The translations under genes and the position numbers were made by a program. From an uncultured Anaerolineaceae bacterium (lineage in GTDB: Bacteria; Chloroflexota; Anaerolineae; Anaerolineales; UBA4823): DNA of 64,000 nucleotides. Position 1 is the first letter of the stretch. Each line of letters starts with the position of its first letter. Positions 40,733-50,133 of the stretch are shown here, piece by piece. Location of the stretch: assembly GCA_964547225.1 (NCBI GenBank), contig CAZJMV010000113.1:77220-141219 (forward strand). The letters run 5' to 3'. Below the pieces are notes generated by a model that saw only the letters and a program-made list of their open reading frames with translations, was not told the origin of the DNA and searched no databases.

Positions 40733-41311
40733 ATGTTAGATCGAATTATAGGAGCACTAACTTTCCGTAAAGGAGTATATGCTGAAGTAGAAAAGGATAA
40801 ATCTTTCTATCAATCTGCATGGATAATTGTAATCGTTGTTGCATTATTAAATTCTCTAGGTTATGTTGCGGGAGTCGTTCATACCGAAGGTTTCTTTTCC
40901 TGGATTATCGCATCTTTAGTGAATGCAATATTTGGCATTTTAGGTTTTGCTGTTTCTGCATTCATTATTAGTTGGGTTGGAAAAACAGTATTCAATGCGA
41001 AGGTAGATTTCAATGAAATGGTACGAGTGTTAGGCTTAGCCTATATTTGGAGAATCATTGGTTTCATCGGTATCTTAGCATCAGTATCAGTCGCCTTATC
41101 TTGTGTTTTTGCACCTGTAACCTTCGCCGCAGCTATATTAGGTTTAGTCGCGTGGTTACTCGCAGTCAAAGAGGCGCTCGATCTTGATTGGTTGAAAACC
41201 ATCATCACAATTGTACTTGGTTGGATAGCAGGTCTAATTGTCACCGTTCTTTCCTCACTGGTTTTAGGTTTGATTGGAATATCGATCACGGGAGTTACCT
41301 CTCTTTTCTAA
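40733..41311 (+). CDS. YIP1-family membrane protein
   Basis: AAGGAG SD; 5-TM pattern with WLLAVKEALDL. Confidence 0.75.
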   Translation: MLDRIIGALTFRKGVYAEVEKDKSFYQSAWIIVIVVALLNSLGYVAGVVHTEGFFSWIIASLVNAIFGILGFAVSAFIISWVGKTVFNAKVDFNEMVRVLGLAYIWRIIGFIGILASVSVALSCVFAPVTFAAAILGLVAWLLAVKEALDLDWLKTIITIVLGWIAGLIVTVLSSLVLGLIGISITGVTSLF

Positions 41312-41377
41312 TTGTCTCTTTCTTGTGTTCTACTAATTCCCCGTACCTAATTCAAGCGAAGGAAAAATTTTATCCAA

Positions 41378-41410
41378 ACAAAAAACCAGCACATTGTGCT
41401 GGTTTTTTGT
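41378..41410. terminator. Bidirectional intrinsic terminator
   Basis: Perfect 15-bp inverted repeat ACAAAAAACCAGCAC-ATT-GTGCTGGTTTTTTGT. Confidence 0.85.
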
Positions 41411-41426
41411 CTTATTTGGTAGTTTA

Positions 41427-43667
41427 TCATGGGTTTATTTCAGGTTGAGCGGTTGGTGTATCGGTTAGAATGGGAGTTGGTGAACGTGTCACATCAAAAT
41501 TAGCTTCCCATTCATACAATTTTCGTGGTGATTCATAAAAGTATAATTCTACAATTCGTCTGAAAATCGGAGCAGCAATTTCACTCCCCTCCCCTGAATT
41601 CTCAGCAATTACTACTACAGCGATATCAGGTAAATCAGACCTTTCTTCATACGTATAACCCGCAAACCACGCATGTGGTTCTATTTGATTGGAGGTCGCT
41701 GTACCCGTTTTTCCTGCAACCTTAATGTCCAATCCTCTAAATGGAATAAATGCTGTTCCTTCGGGATTTGTGGAATTCACAACACCTTTCATCGCTTCCT
41801 GGATTATTCGAAGGTTTATTGGGGATATTGGTAGTTGTCCAACTGTATCGACTTCAAATGTGGATGTGATGCCTGAACCGGGTTTGGATATGGCTTGGAT
41901 TAGTTGTGGTCGATTAATATTTCCACCATTTCCAATGGCAGCAATAAATTGAGCAACTTGAAGTGGTGTGACAGACATATCCCCTTGTCCAATTGCTAAA
42001 TTAATTGCGTCTACGTCATTTTGTGGCTCAGGAATATTTCCTGTCTCTTCAACAACACCAACAATCCCTGTTTTTTCTCCCAGTCCAAATCCTTTAGACA
42101 TATCAGAAATCGCTTTGGTTAAACCAACACGATATAAATCCAATCCTATATGCCAAAAATATGGATTACAGGATCGAATAAGCCCTTCTGGTAGGGTTAA
42201 TAAACCACTTGGTTTTGTTGTACCATCTTCTTGGTAATGATCCCAAGTCCAGTCATATCGAGGGAAATTTGGTAATTCCTCAAAAACATAACCACAATCA
42301 TAAGTCGATTCAGAGGTATATCTTGCACTTTCAAGAGCGGCTGCCATGGTGATTAGTTTAAACACTGACCCTAAAGGATATTGTCCTTCAGTTGCACGAT
42401 TGAATTGTGGAGAGTTTGGGTTATTTATGATCTCATTTAATAATATATTCCAGTTAAAATTTTCAGTTTCAAACGCATTTGGGTCGAAACCTGGAGAAGA
42501 AACCATTGCCAATACTTTACCTGTATCCCGTTCTAGTACGACGATAGCACCGCTGAATACGGACAATGCTTTTTGGGCTTCGTACTGAAAATTACTGATT
42601 ATTGTTGTGTGAATATCTTCACCGGGTACACTTGAAGCCTCAGAAATCAGGTTAATTGGTTTCCCTTCTGGATTAAAGAGATATAAACTTCCACCCCGTT
42701 CGCCTCCTAGAATTTCCTCTCCCCACGCCTCTAATCCTTTTCGACCGACTTTTTCATCTGCACGATACCCTAATCTACGATAGGTCTCTAGTTCTTCTTC
42801 TTGAATAGCGCTTACATAGCCGACCACATGTGGTGCAACTCCGCCACGATAATAATAACGCGAGGTATATCTTGAGGTTACAGCAGCGCCATAAGTCGAT
42901 AAAATCTCTATTCTTTTAGGATCTTCATTGGCAGGTATCTCACCCAAAGGTAGATAGGCGCCTGGTTCTGCCTCTTCAATCCAACCAATTATTTTATAAT
43001 TCTTCGTATTCGTCAGTACCGATAATAATCCAATCAGTCCTTCTGAATCATTTAAATCTACATAATCCGGGTAGACTCCGATAGCCACTGCTTCGGTTTG
43101 TTGAGCGATTGGAGCTCCGTTCGTATCAAAAATGGTTGCTCTGAGTGGGATAATTGGATCGGTTTTAATGGTATTGCCACCCGCTAATTCAGGTAGGATC
43201 AACCCTTCATGCCATTCAATTTTCCATTCCCCATTTTGATAATTTAACTTCATTTCGTTTTCTCGAACAAGCGGGGAATAGATCTCTGATTCCATGATTA
43301 CTTGTATGATGATGTCGGAAGTTTTCGTACTATAAGATGTTGACAATATTTGAAATGAGATGTTCTTTAAAGCGAACTCATTCGCTACATCCTCATACAA
43401 CTGTTTGAATAAATCTTTAGAGGCTTCACCCTGGCTAGTTGATGATATCAATCGATACATTGCTTCATAATTTTCTTCTTTCCAGTGATTTAAGAATCGT
43501 TCTGCAGTTTTCTCAGCAACCGGAACACTAGTTGTGCGTACATCAACTGGTGCTAATGTTTGAGTAAGCTCTGTAATTTCCGAACTATTGGTAGGTTTAC
43601 AGCTCATTAGAAATAGCATGTATCCAGCCAATAAAAGGCGGATTATTTTTATAATAGCTTCCTTCAT
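41427..43667 (-). CDS. Class B penicillin-binding transpeptidase with NTF2-like N-terminus, lipoprotein
   Basis: LMSC lipobox, GSVFK (SxxK), SCN (SxN), KTG. Confidence 0.9.
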   Translation of the reverse strand: MKEAIIKIIRLLLAGYMLFLMSCKPTNSSEITELTQTLAPVDVRTTSVPVAEKTAERFLNHWKEENYEAMYRLISSTSQGEASKDLFKQLYEDVANEFALKNISFQILSTSYSTKTSDIIIQVIMESEIYSPLVRENEMKLNYQNGEWKIEWHEGLILPELAGGNTIKTDPIIPLRATIFDTNGAPIAQQTEAVAIGVYPDYVDLNDSEGLIGLLSVLTNTKNYKIIGWIEEAEPGAYLPLGEIPANEDPKRIEILSTYGAAVTSRYTSRYYYRGGVAPHVVGYVSAIQEEELETYRRLGYRADEKVGRKGLEAWGEEILGGERGGSLYLFNPEGKPINLISEASSVPGEDIHTTIISNFQYEAQKALSVFSGAIVVLERDTGKVLAMVSSPGFDPNAFETENFNWNILLNEIINNPNSPQFNRATEGQYPLGSVFKLITMAAALESARYTSESTYDCGYVFEELPNFPRYDWTWDHYQEDGTTKPSGLLTLPEGLIRSCNPYFWHIGLDLYRVGLTKAISDMSKGFGLGEKTGIVGVVEETGNIPEPQNDVDAINLAIGQGDMSVTPLQVAQFIAAIGNGGNINRPQLIQAISKPGSGITSTFEVDTVGQLPISPINLRIIQEAMKGVVNSTNPEGTAFIPFRGLDIKVAGKTGTATSNQIEPHAWFAGYTYEERSDLPDIAVVVIAENSGEGSEIAAPIFRRIVELYFYESPRKLYEWEANFDVTRSPTPILTDTPTAQPEINP

Positions 43668-43834
43668 TAAAGAAATACCTCACTTCATCAAAGGGGAGAA
43701 TAATCCCTAATTAGTATTGATAAGTATTGATAATAAACGATTTTCAAACCAATGACAAGAATATATTTCGGGTATTAGTATTATCTCATATTCTACAACC
43801 TTAGTATTATTCAATTAATTAACTATACATAACC

Positions 43835-43863
43835 TTGACAAATATTATACATCGCAGTAAAAT
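43835..43863 (+). promoter_or_regulatory. Sigma70 promoter of ABC exporter operon
   Basis: TTGACA-N17-TAAAAT. Confidence 0.75.
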
Positions 43864-43905
43864 TTGAATTGTTTACTTTGAAAATCTAATTGGAGGCTCA
43901 TATTT

Positions 43906-45060
43906 ATGGCATTTTATCTTGCCTTTAAAGAAGTTTGGCGAAATAAAGGACGTTTTTTCCTTTTCTCTCTTGTGATCGCTCTAATAACCACATTAGTTTT
44001 GTTCATTGCCGCGCTATCTGAAGGGCTGGCTTTAGCGAACAAGGAATTCTTAGAAAAGTTAGATGCTGAATTACTCATTTTTCAAGAAAATGTAGATTAT
44101 ATCGCTAGTTCTAGTCGTATTGCTAAATCAAAAATCAATGATATTCAAAGGTTGGATGGGATCGATAAAGTTGGACCGATTGGATTTAGTAATGGTACGA
44201 TTGTTTTTTTTGATGGACGTGATGATCTCAATGTGTCCTTGATTGGCATTGAAGCTAACAAACCGGGTTCACCACCCGTTATTTCTGGGAACTCATTTCA
44301 GACAGATCGAGGGAATGAAATCATTGTCGATAAAAATATTGTCAATCAAACAGGAATAAAAATTAATGATAGGATTATTCTAAAGACACTTCAAGGAACT
44401 GATGAAGTGTATAATGAGTTCGATGTGATTGGAATAACTGATGGTAGGCAATATTTGTATCAGCCTTCGATATTTATTCCCTATCGAACTTGGGAACAAA
44501 TCCGTCCACAAGCAAATATTTCATCCTCACTCATTGAGACAACATCGAATGTGCTAGCTATCAAATTGGAAGAAAACCAAGATCAAGGTCTGATTCAGGA
44601 GAAAATAATTGAACAAGTCGATAGAATTGATGTTGCTGATGTAAAAACAGCATATGAGTCATTACCTGGATTTCAAGCACAACAAAGTACATTGAACACT
44701 CAAAGGTACTTTACTTTATTGATTGGTATTCTTGTTATTGGTGGATTTTTCCAAATTCAAATGCTCCAAAAAATCCCACAAATTGGGGTTTTAAAAGCAA
44801 TTGGAGTCGCTAATCCTACCGTAGCCATTGCAGTTGTCTATCAAATTATAATCGTCACGACGTTTGGCGTTTTTTTAGGTGCATTAGTATCCTTTGGATT
44901 AAGTGCAGCCTTCCCACCGGGTATCCCAATCGTTTTCACAGGCAACTCGGTTACGATTGCAATTGTAACTTTGTTGTTGATTGGTCCAATTGGAGGATTG
45001 GTATCTGTACGTCTTGCTATCTCTGTTGAACCACTCATTGCTTTAGGTTTATCCTCATAG
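43906..45060 (+). CDS. FtsX/MacB-type ABC permease
   Basis: One TM, large extracellular domain, then three TMs; QIGVLKAIG. Confidence 0.88.
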   Translation: MAFYLAFKEVWRNKGRFFLFSLVIALITTLVLFIAALSEGLALANKEFLEKLDAELLIFQENVDYIASSSRIAKSKINDIQRLDGIDKVGPIGFSNGTIVFFDGRDDLNVSLIGIEANKPGSPPVISGNSFQTDRGNEIIVDKNIVNQTGIKINDRIILKTLQGTDEVYNEFDVIGITDGRQYLYQPSIFIPYRTWEQIRPQANISSSLIETTSNVLAIKLEENQDQGLIQEKIIEQVDRIDVADVKTAYESLPGFQAQQSTLNTQRYFTLLIGILVIGGFFQIQMLQKIPQIGVLKAIGVANPTVAIAVVYQIIIVTTFGVFLGALVSFGLSAAFPPGIPIVFTGNSVTIAIVTLLLIGPIGGLVSVRLAISVEPLIALGLSS

Positions 45061-45069
45061 GAGGGTCTC

Positions 45070-45801
45070 ATGAAAAAAGAAAACAAACCAATTATAGAAA
45101 CCGCCAACTTGTCGAAAATTTATCAAAGCGGAAATCTTAATGTAAAAGCTGTTGACAACGCAACTATATCCATTCTTCCAGGAGAATTTGTGGCACTTGT
45201 CGGTCCAAGCGGGTCAGGAAAAACAACCATGCTTGCGATGTTGGCGGCTTTGTTAACGCCATCTGAAGGACAGGTGATCATTGATGGTCAAGACTTATCA
45301 CAGATGAAAGAAGCAAAACGGGTACAGTTTCGTAGAAAAAACATAGGTTTTACATTCCAATCCAATAACCTTGTTCCATATTTAACTGTTCAAGAAAACA
45401 TTGAAATGATGTTGAGAATTAATAATCAGCTCAATGCTGATGGTCGTAAGAAAGTTGTTAATCTCATCACTCGCTTAGGGCTAGATGATCGTATGCGCAA
45501 TTTACCTAGCCAGATATCCGGTGGTCAAAGGCAAAGAGTGTCAATCGCACGCTCATTAATCCATGATCCAAGCGTTGTTCTTGCTGATGAACCAACAGCG
45601 AGTTTGGACACAGAACGAGCTTTTCAAGTAACAAAAATATACGCAGATCTGATTCATGAAAATGGCAAAGCGGGTATCATGGTTACACATGATTTGAGAA
45701 TGTGTAAATATGTAGATAAGATTATTCAGATTGAAGATGGAAATATTTCAAATATTATCGAGGGTAGAGCGACCATCGATGAATTCATTTCTTGTGCTTA
45801 A
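45070..45801 (+). CDS. ABC transporter ATP-binding protein (LolD/MacB-type)
   Basis: GPSGSGKT, ISGGQRQR, LADEPT, VTHD. Confidence 0.95.
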   Translation: MKKENKPIIETANLSKIYQSGNLNVKAVDNATISILPGEFVALVGPSGSGKTTMLAMLAALLTPSEGQVIIDGQDLSQMKEAKRVQFRRKNIGFTFQSNNLVPYLTVQENIEMMLRINNQLNADGRKKVVNLITRLGLDDRMRNLPSQISGGQRQRVSIARSLIHDPSVVLADEPTASLDTERAFQVTKIYADLIHENGKAGIMVTHDLRMCKYVDKIIQIEDGNISNIIEGRATIDEFISCA

Positions 45802-45844
45802 ATAATAAAATTGTGTTTTTAATTTATAACAACTGCTTGATGAA

Positions 45845-45888
45845 GAAAAAAGCCTGAGTTGTTTTTTCACTCTACTCAGGCTTTTTTC
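45845..45888. terminator. Bidirectional terminator
   Basis: 15-bp inverted repeat GAAAAAAGCCTGAGT...ACTCAGGCTTTTTTC. Confidence 0.8.
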
Positions 45889-45912
45889 TCAAATAACTCT
45901 TCTATAAAAAAT

Positions 45913-46263
45913 TTAGTATTGGTATTTAAAATTACATCCCATCGGTAATTTATAGGTATCAATCCAATAATACCATTTCACGCACCCCATATAATAGTAA
46001 CCATCGAATTTATTGAAATAAGCCCAACTCGCTAATGTTGTTTCGTTAACATAATAATAATAGGAAATTTTTTCCATACCTGGTTCGCCTTGTTTAATTT
46101 TAACTTTACAATTTGGAAAACAAGGGGGTACTTTACTCTCTAATGCAGAGAAATTTTCAGTATCACTATTTTCTAAAAAATCGTTCGAATTAACTAGAGG
46201 TGCGGCAGCTATAAGAAGAATTGATAAGATAGTCAAAATAGGTAGTATGTGTCTAATTTTCAT
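45913..46263 (-). CDS. Hypothetical secreted Tyr/Trp/Cys-rich protein
   Basis: Signal peptide MKIRHILPILTILSILLIAAAP; 4 Cys; AAAGGT SD. Confidence 0.6.
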   Translation of the reverse strand: MKIRHILPILTILSILLIAAAPLVNSNDFLENSDTENFSALESKVPPCFPNCKVKIKQGEPGMEKISYYYYVNETTLASWAYFNKFDGYYYMGCVKWYYWIDTYKLPMGCNFKYQY

Positions 46264-46574
46264 TTTATTTACCTTTCATTTTTCATATCTAATTACATAC
46301 CAAGATTATAGCATAAATATTATCAAATATATACCCTACTGAGCTAGAGATAGAAGTTGTAATTATTCGGTTAGAATTACGATATATCATTCCATATTAT
46401 TAATTTTTTTTTACCACAATCTTCTAATTTTCTTTATCTTTTTGAGTTAAAATTACGTATGCACAAGTATAATTTTTTTTCTTCGAAAAATTTTAAATGT
46501 AATCACTAATGGGAAAGTGGAAACCCGATTGAAATTACATTTTTTGACTTGTCACCAAAGGAGTATTACTACTT

Positions 46575-46907
46575 ATGAGATCTAATTCAATGATTTTTTT
46601 ATTTTTGGCTATTGCAGGTGAGGTGATTGGAACAGCATCGTTAAAAGCCTGTGATGGATTCACTAAACTCATTCCTGGCATCATTGTTATTGTCGGATAC
46701 GGTGTTTCTTTTTTACTCTTTTCTCATAGCTTAAAAGGAATACCGATAGGTATTGCGTATGCAATTTCATCTGGTGTGGGAACTGCAGCTATTATGATTA
46801 TTGGATACTTTGCTTATGCAGAAAAGCTCAGTATGATACAAATAATTGCCATAATAATAATCATCATTGCAACAATTATTTTGAATATGAACCCTCATAG
46901 TATATAA
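46575..46907 (+). CDS. SMR/DMT family small multidrug transporter (degenerate)
   Basis: EVIGTASLK with membrane Glu, IPIGIAYA; AAGGAG SD. Confidence 0.85.
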   Translation: MRSNSMIFLFLAIAGEVIGTASLKACDGFTKLIPGIIVIVGYGVSFLLFSHSLKGIPIGIAYAISSGVGTAAIMIIGYFAYAEKLSMIQIIAIIIIIIATIILNMNPHSI

Positions 46908-46942
46908 ATGAATTATTTAATTAATCTGATAATTGAATATGT

Positions 46943-47296
46943 TTATTGAATTTTACCTTTAAAGTCATTTAATTCTTTAACTACTTGAGCATACTCATTA
47001 AGTAATTCCTCGATTCTCTTTTGCGCTTTATCGATATATCCAGATTTTCCAAGTTTTTCTAAATCAAGAGCTATCTCTGCAAATCTATCTGCGCCAAAAA
47101 CTTTCGCATTGGATTTAATAGAGTGAGCTGCTCTTTCAAATGCCTTCACATCATTTTCTTGAAAAGCCTTGTGTAATTCGGTGATCGTTTTAGGGCTAGA
47201 ATCAAGAAATGTTTGAATGATGTCAATTACAAATTCAATATACTCGTCCCCCATGATATCTCGATAGCGTTCAAGGGTTTTTCGATCGATAGTCAT
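46943..47296 (-). CDS. Stand-alone Hpt phosphotransfer protein
   Basis: AAHSIKSNA, ALDLE. Confidence 0.88.
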   Translation of the reverse strand: MTIDRKTLERYRDIMGDEYIEFVIDIIQTFLDSSPKTITELHKAFQENDVKAFERAAHSIKSNAKVFGADRFAEIALDLEKLGKSGYIDKAQKRIEELLNEYAQVVKELNDFKGKIQ

Positions 47297-47725
47297 TTTT
47301 TATCAATTCCAAGGGCAATATTCTGAATTTTTGAGGCGTTATTTTGACAGTAAGGTATTTTTTTAATTATACCTTCATTAGAATAAAAAAAACTATGTGT
47401 CATCAACATATTTCAGTATTAATATACACCAATTGAATTCTTTTTGATAAGTATTTATTAACCTTTATGACAATCGTTCTCGAAAAACATAGATTTTTGT
47501 TACATGACATTAATAAATCTTGTGGCTAATATATGAATATTCTAAGTAGGTTTTGTGTATTTGGGGTTTCTTCTTATTGTTAAAGTTAGGACAGAAGGTA
47601 TAAGGTAATATGTTTTTTAAGTGAATATCATATCTAATGTTCTAATATAGTAAAGCTGGAAACAGCATTTTATTAGTTCCTGTTTGATTGGCAAATAAAT
47701 AATATTCATGTCTGGAGGCAAAAAT

Positions 47726-49087
47726 ATGACCGGTAATTCGAAAATCGATATTGAGAAGCTTATTGCGAAAGCAGAAAAACCATCTGCTGATGCAATGAGA
47801 CTTCACCCATTCTATCGAGGCAAAATAGAAACAGCATTAAAATGCACTGTGAGAAGTTTTGAGGATTTCGCTATTTGGTATACACCTGGTGTTGCTGCCC
47901 CATGCAAAGCAATTAATGCAGATCCTGAACTAGTTTATGAATATACGAATAAATGGAACACGGTTGCTGTAGTCAGTGATGGAACTAGAGTTCTTGGTCT
48001 TGGAGATATCGGACCAAAAGCTGGGCTTCCAGTGATGGAGGGTAAGGCGTTATTGTACAAGTATCTTGGGGGTGTTGATGGTGTCCCGATTATGCTAGAT
48101 ACCAAAGACCCAAAAGCCATTATCGATACGGTATTAATGCTGCAACCCGGGTTTGGTGGAGTAAATCTCGAAGATATATCTCAACCTAAATGTTTTGAAA
48201 TCCTTGATACATTAAGAGAAAAAGCTGAAATTCCAGTTTGGCATGATGATCAACAAGGTACTGCTACCGTAACATTGGCTGGTCTTATAAACGCATTGAA
48301 AGTAGTTGGCAAGAAAATAGAAGATGTAAAAATTGCCTTTATTGGATCAGGGGCTTCAAATGTTGCTATTTCTCGATTGATCTTCGGGTGGGGTGCAGAT
48401 CCTGGACGTAGTCTTATGGTTGACAGCAAAGGGATATTAGGAAAGCATAGAGATGACCTAGAGGCGAAAAAGGATCAATTTGTGGACAAATGGCGGTTAT
48501 GCCAAATTACAAATGAAGAAGGTCGTGAAGGTGATATTCCAGAAGCGATGAAAGGTGCTGATGTTGTTATTGCCCTTTCAAGATCAGGACCTGGAGTGAT
48601 TGAACCCGAATGGATTAGTCAGATGGCTGATGATTCGATTGTCTTTGCTTGTGCAAATCCAGTTCCAGAGATTTGGCCTTGGGATGCGAAAGAAGCTGGT
48701 GCAGCTATCGTAGCTACAGGTAGGTCTGATTTTGATAACCAGGTTAATAACTCACTAGGGTTCCCAGGTATTTTCAGAGGTGCACTTGATGTACGTGCTC
48801 GAACGATAACAGACGAAATGTGTTATGCTGCTGCCGAAGCATTAGCCAATCATGTTGGGGACAATCTATCTTCAACACAAATCCTACCGACAATGGACGA
48901 TTGGGAAGTATTTCCACGCGAAGCAGCTTCAGTTGCCATGAAGGCTCAAGAACAAAATCTTGCTCGTATTAAATTGACCTATGAAGAAGAATTCGAACAA
49001 GCACGCAAAATTATTGAACGCTCTCGAAATCTCACAAAGACTATGATGGAACTTGAATATATCGAGAAAGCTATCGAAGAAGAATAA
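47726..49087 (+). CDS. NAD(P)-dependent malic enzyme (no PTA domain)
   Basis: YTPGVA, DGTRVLGLGD, MEGK, NLEDI, HDDQQGT, ANPVPEI, NNSLGFPG. Confidence 0.93.
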   Translation: MTGNSKIDIEKLIAKAEKPSADAMRLHPFYRGKIETALKCTVRSFEDFAIWYTPGVAAPCKAINADPELVYEYTNKWNTVAVVSDGTRVLGLGDIGPKAGLPVMEGKALLYKYLGGVDGVPIMLDTKDPKAIIDTVLMLQPGFGGVNLEDISQPKCFEILDTLREKAEIPVWHDDQQGTATVTLAGLINALKVVGKKIEDVKIAFIGSGASNVAISRLIFGWGADPGRSLMVDSKGILGKHRDDLEAKKDQFVDKWRLCQITNEEGREGDIPEAMKGADVVIALSRSGPGVIEPEWISQMADDSIVFACANPVPEIWPWDAKEAGAAIVATGRSDFDNQVNNSLGFPGIFRGALDVRARTITDEMCYAAAEALANHVGDNLSSTQILPTMDDWEVFPREAASVAMKAQEQNLARIKLTYEEEFEQARKIIERSRNLTKTMMELEYIEKAIEEE

Positions 49088-49139
49088 TCTAAAAATCCTG
49101 TTATCATTAAGAAATAAAATCCCAATAATGGTCAAAATT

Positions 49140-49169
49140 AAAAAAGCCAGAGTACCTCCTGGCTTTTTT
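49140..49169. terminator. Bidirectional terminator
   Basis: AAAAAAGCCAG-N8-CTGGCTTTTTT. Confidence 0.8.
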
Positions 49170-49186
49170 ATCATTTGAACAAAAAT

Positions 49187-50077
49187 TTAATTCTTAACTG
49201 CCTTGGCGATTGCGCGTAAATGTTCTGGCGTTGTACCACAGCATCCTCCGATAACCTGAGCGCCAACCTCTCTCCATTTCTTAACATTAGTCGCCATTTC
49301 ATCTGGGGTCACTTTGTAAAAAGTTGTCCCATCTCGATTAACTTCAGGTAAACCGGCATTTGGTTTAAACCACAAAGGTAGTTGTGTTGCTTTTCTTAGA
49401 TCAACCAATACAGCTAAATTGTCTTCTAAGCTTTTTCCACAATTGACTCCAAACATTAAGATTTCCAAATCACGATATTCCTTGCTAGAGAGATGATTCA
49501 CCATTTGTTCTGCTGTAACACCCATCATGGTTTTTGTGCCTCGATCATAGCTAAAAGAACATACTAGAGGTAAATCACTTACTGCTCGTACTGCTTTTAT
49601 AGCCGCGCCAGCTTCTCCTAAATCAAATTGCGTTTCCACAACGATTAAATCCACTCCAGCCTCGGTTAAAGCTTTCGCCTGTCGTCTGAAACTTTCAAAA
49701 ACCTCTTCTATGTCTAAACTGCCATATGGTTTGATTAATCCACCCGATGGTCCCATCGAGCCAGCGATATATACATTAGAACCTTCTGCCGCTTTTTTTG
49801 CTAGTTCAACAGCGGTTTTATTCACTTCTTCGACACGATCATCATTCGATGACTTTAATCGTACCGCACTTCCACCAAAAGTATTTGTTAGGATGATATC
49901 TGCTCCTGCATCAATGAAATCGCGATGTAATTTAACGATTTCGTCAGGATTGATGAACAACCATTCTTCCGAAGGCATCCCATTCTCCAAACCTCTTGCT
50001 TGAAGATTTGTGCCTGTTGCGCCATCAGATACCAATAAATCTCCTGATTTTATTTTTTTGTAAAAATTTTCTTTCAT
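49187..50077 (-). CDS. Stand-alone homocysteine S-methyltransferase-family protein
   Basis: DGATGT, TNTFG, GVNC, PNAG, GGCCGT. Confidence 0.9.
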   Translation of the reverse strand: MKENFYKKIKSGDLLVSDGATGTNLQARGLENGMPSEEWLFINPDEIVKLHRDFIDAGADIILTNTFGGSAVRLKSSNDDRVEEVNKTAVELAKKAAEGSNVYIAGSMGPSGGLIKPYGSLDIEEVFESFRRQAKALTEAGVDLIVVETQFDLGEAGAAIKAVRAVSDLPLVCSFSYDRGTKTMMGVTAEQMVNHLSSKEYRDLEILMFGVNCGKSLEDNLAVLVDLRKATQLPLWFKPNAGLPEVNRDGTTFYKVTPDEMATNVKKWREVGAQVIGGCCGTTPEHLRAIAKAVKN

Positions 50078-50133
50078 GATCCACCTCAAGGATAAATATT
50101 TACTTATTTTCTCATGCTTATAATGGTATTTAT

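Noticed and set aside
46263-46575. Guanidine riboswitch ahead of the SMR gene
   Set aside because: No ykkC or twin ACGR-loop hairpin motifs visible
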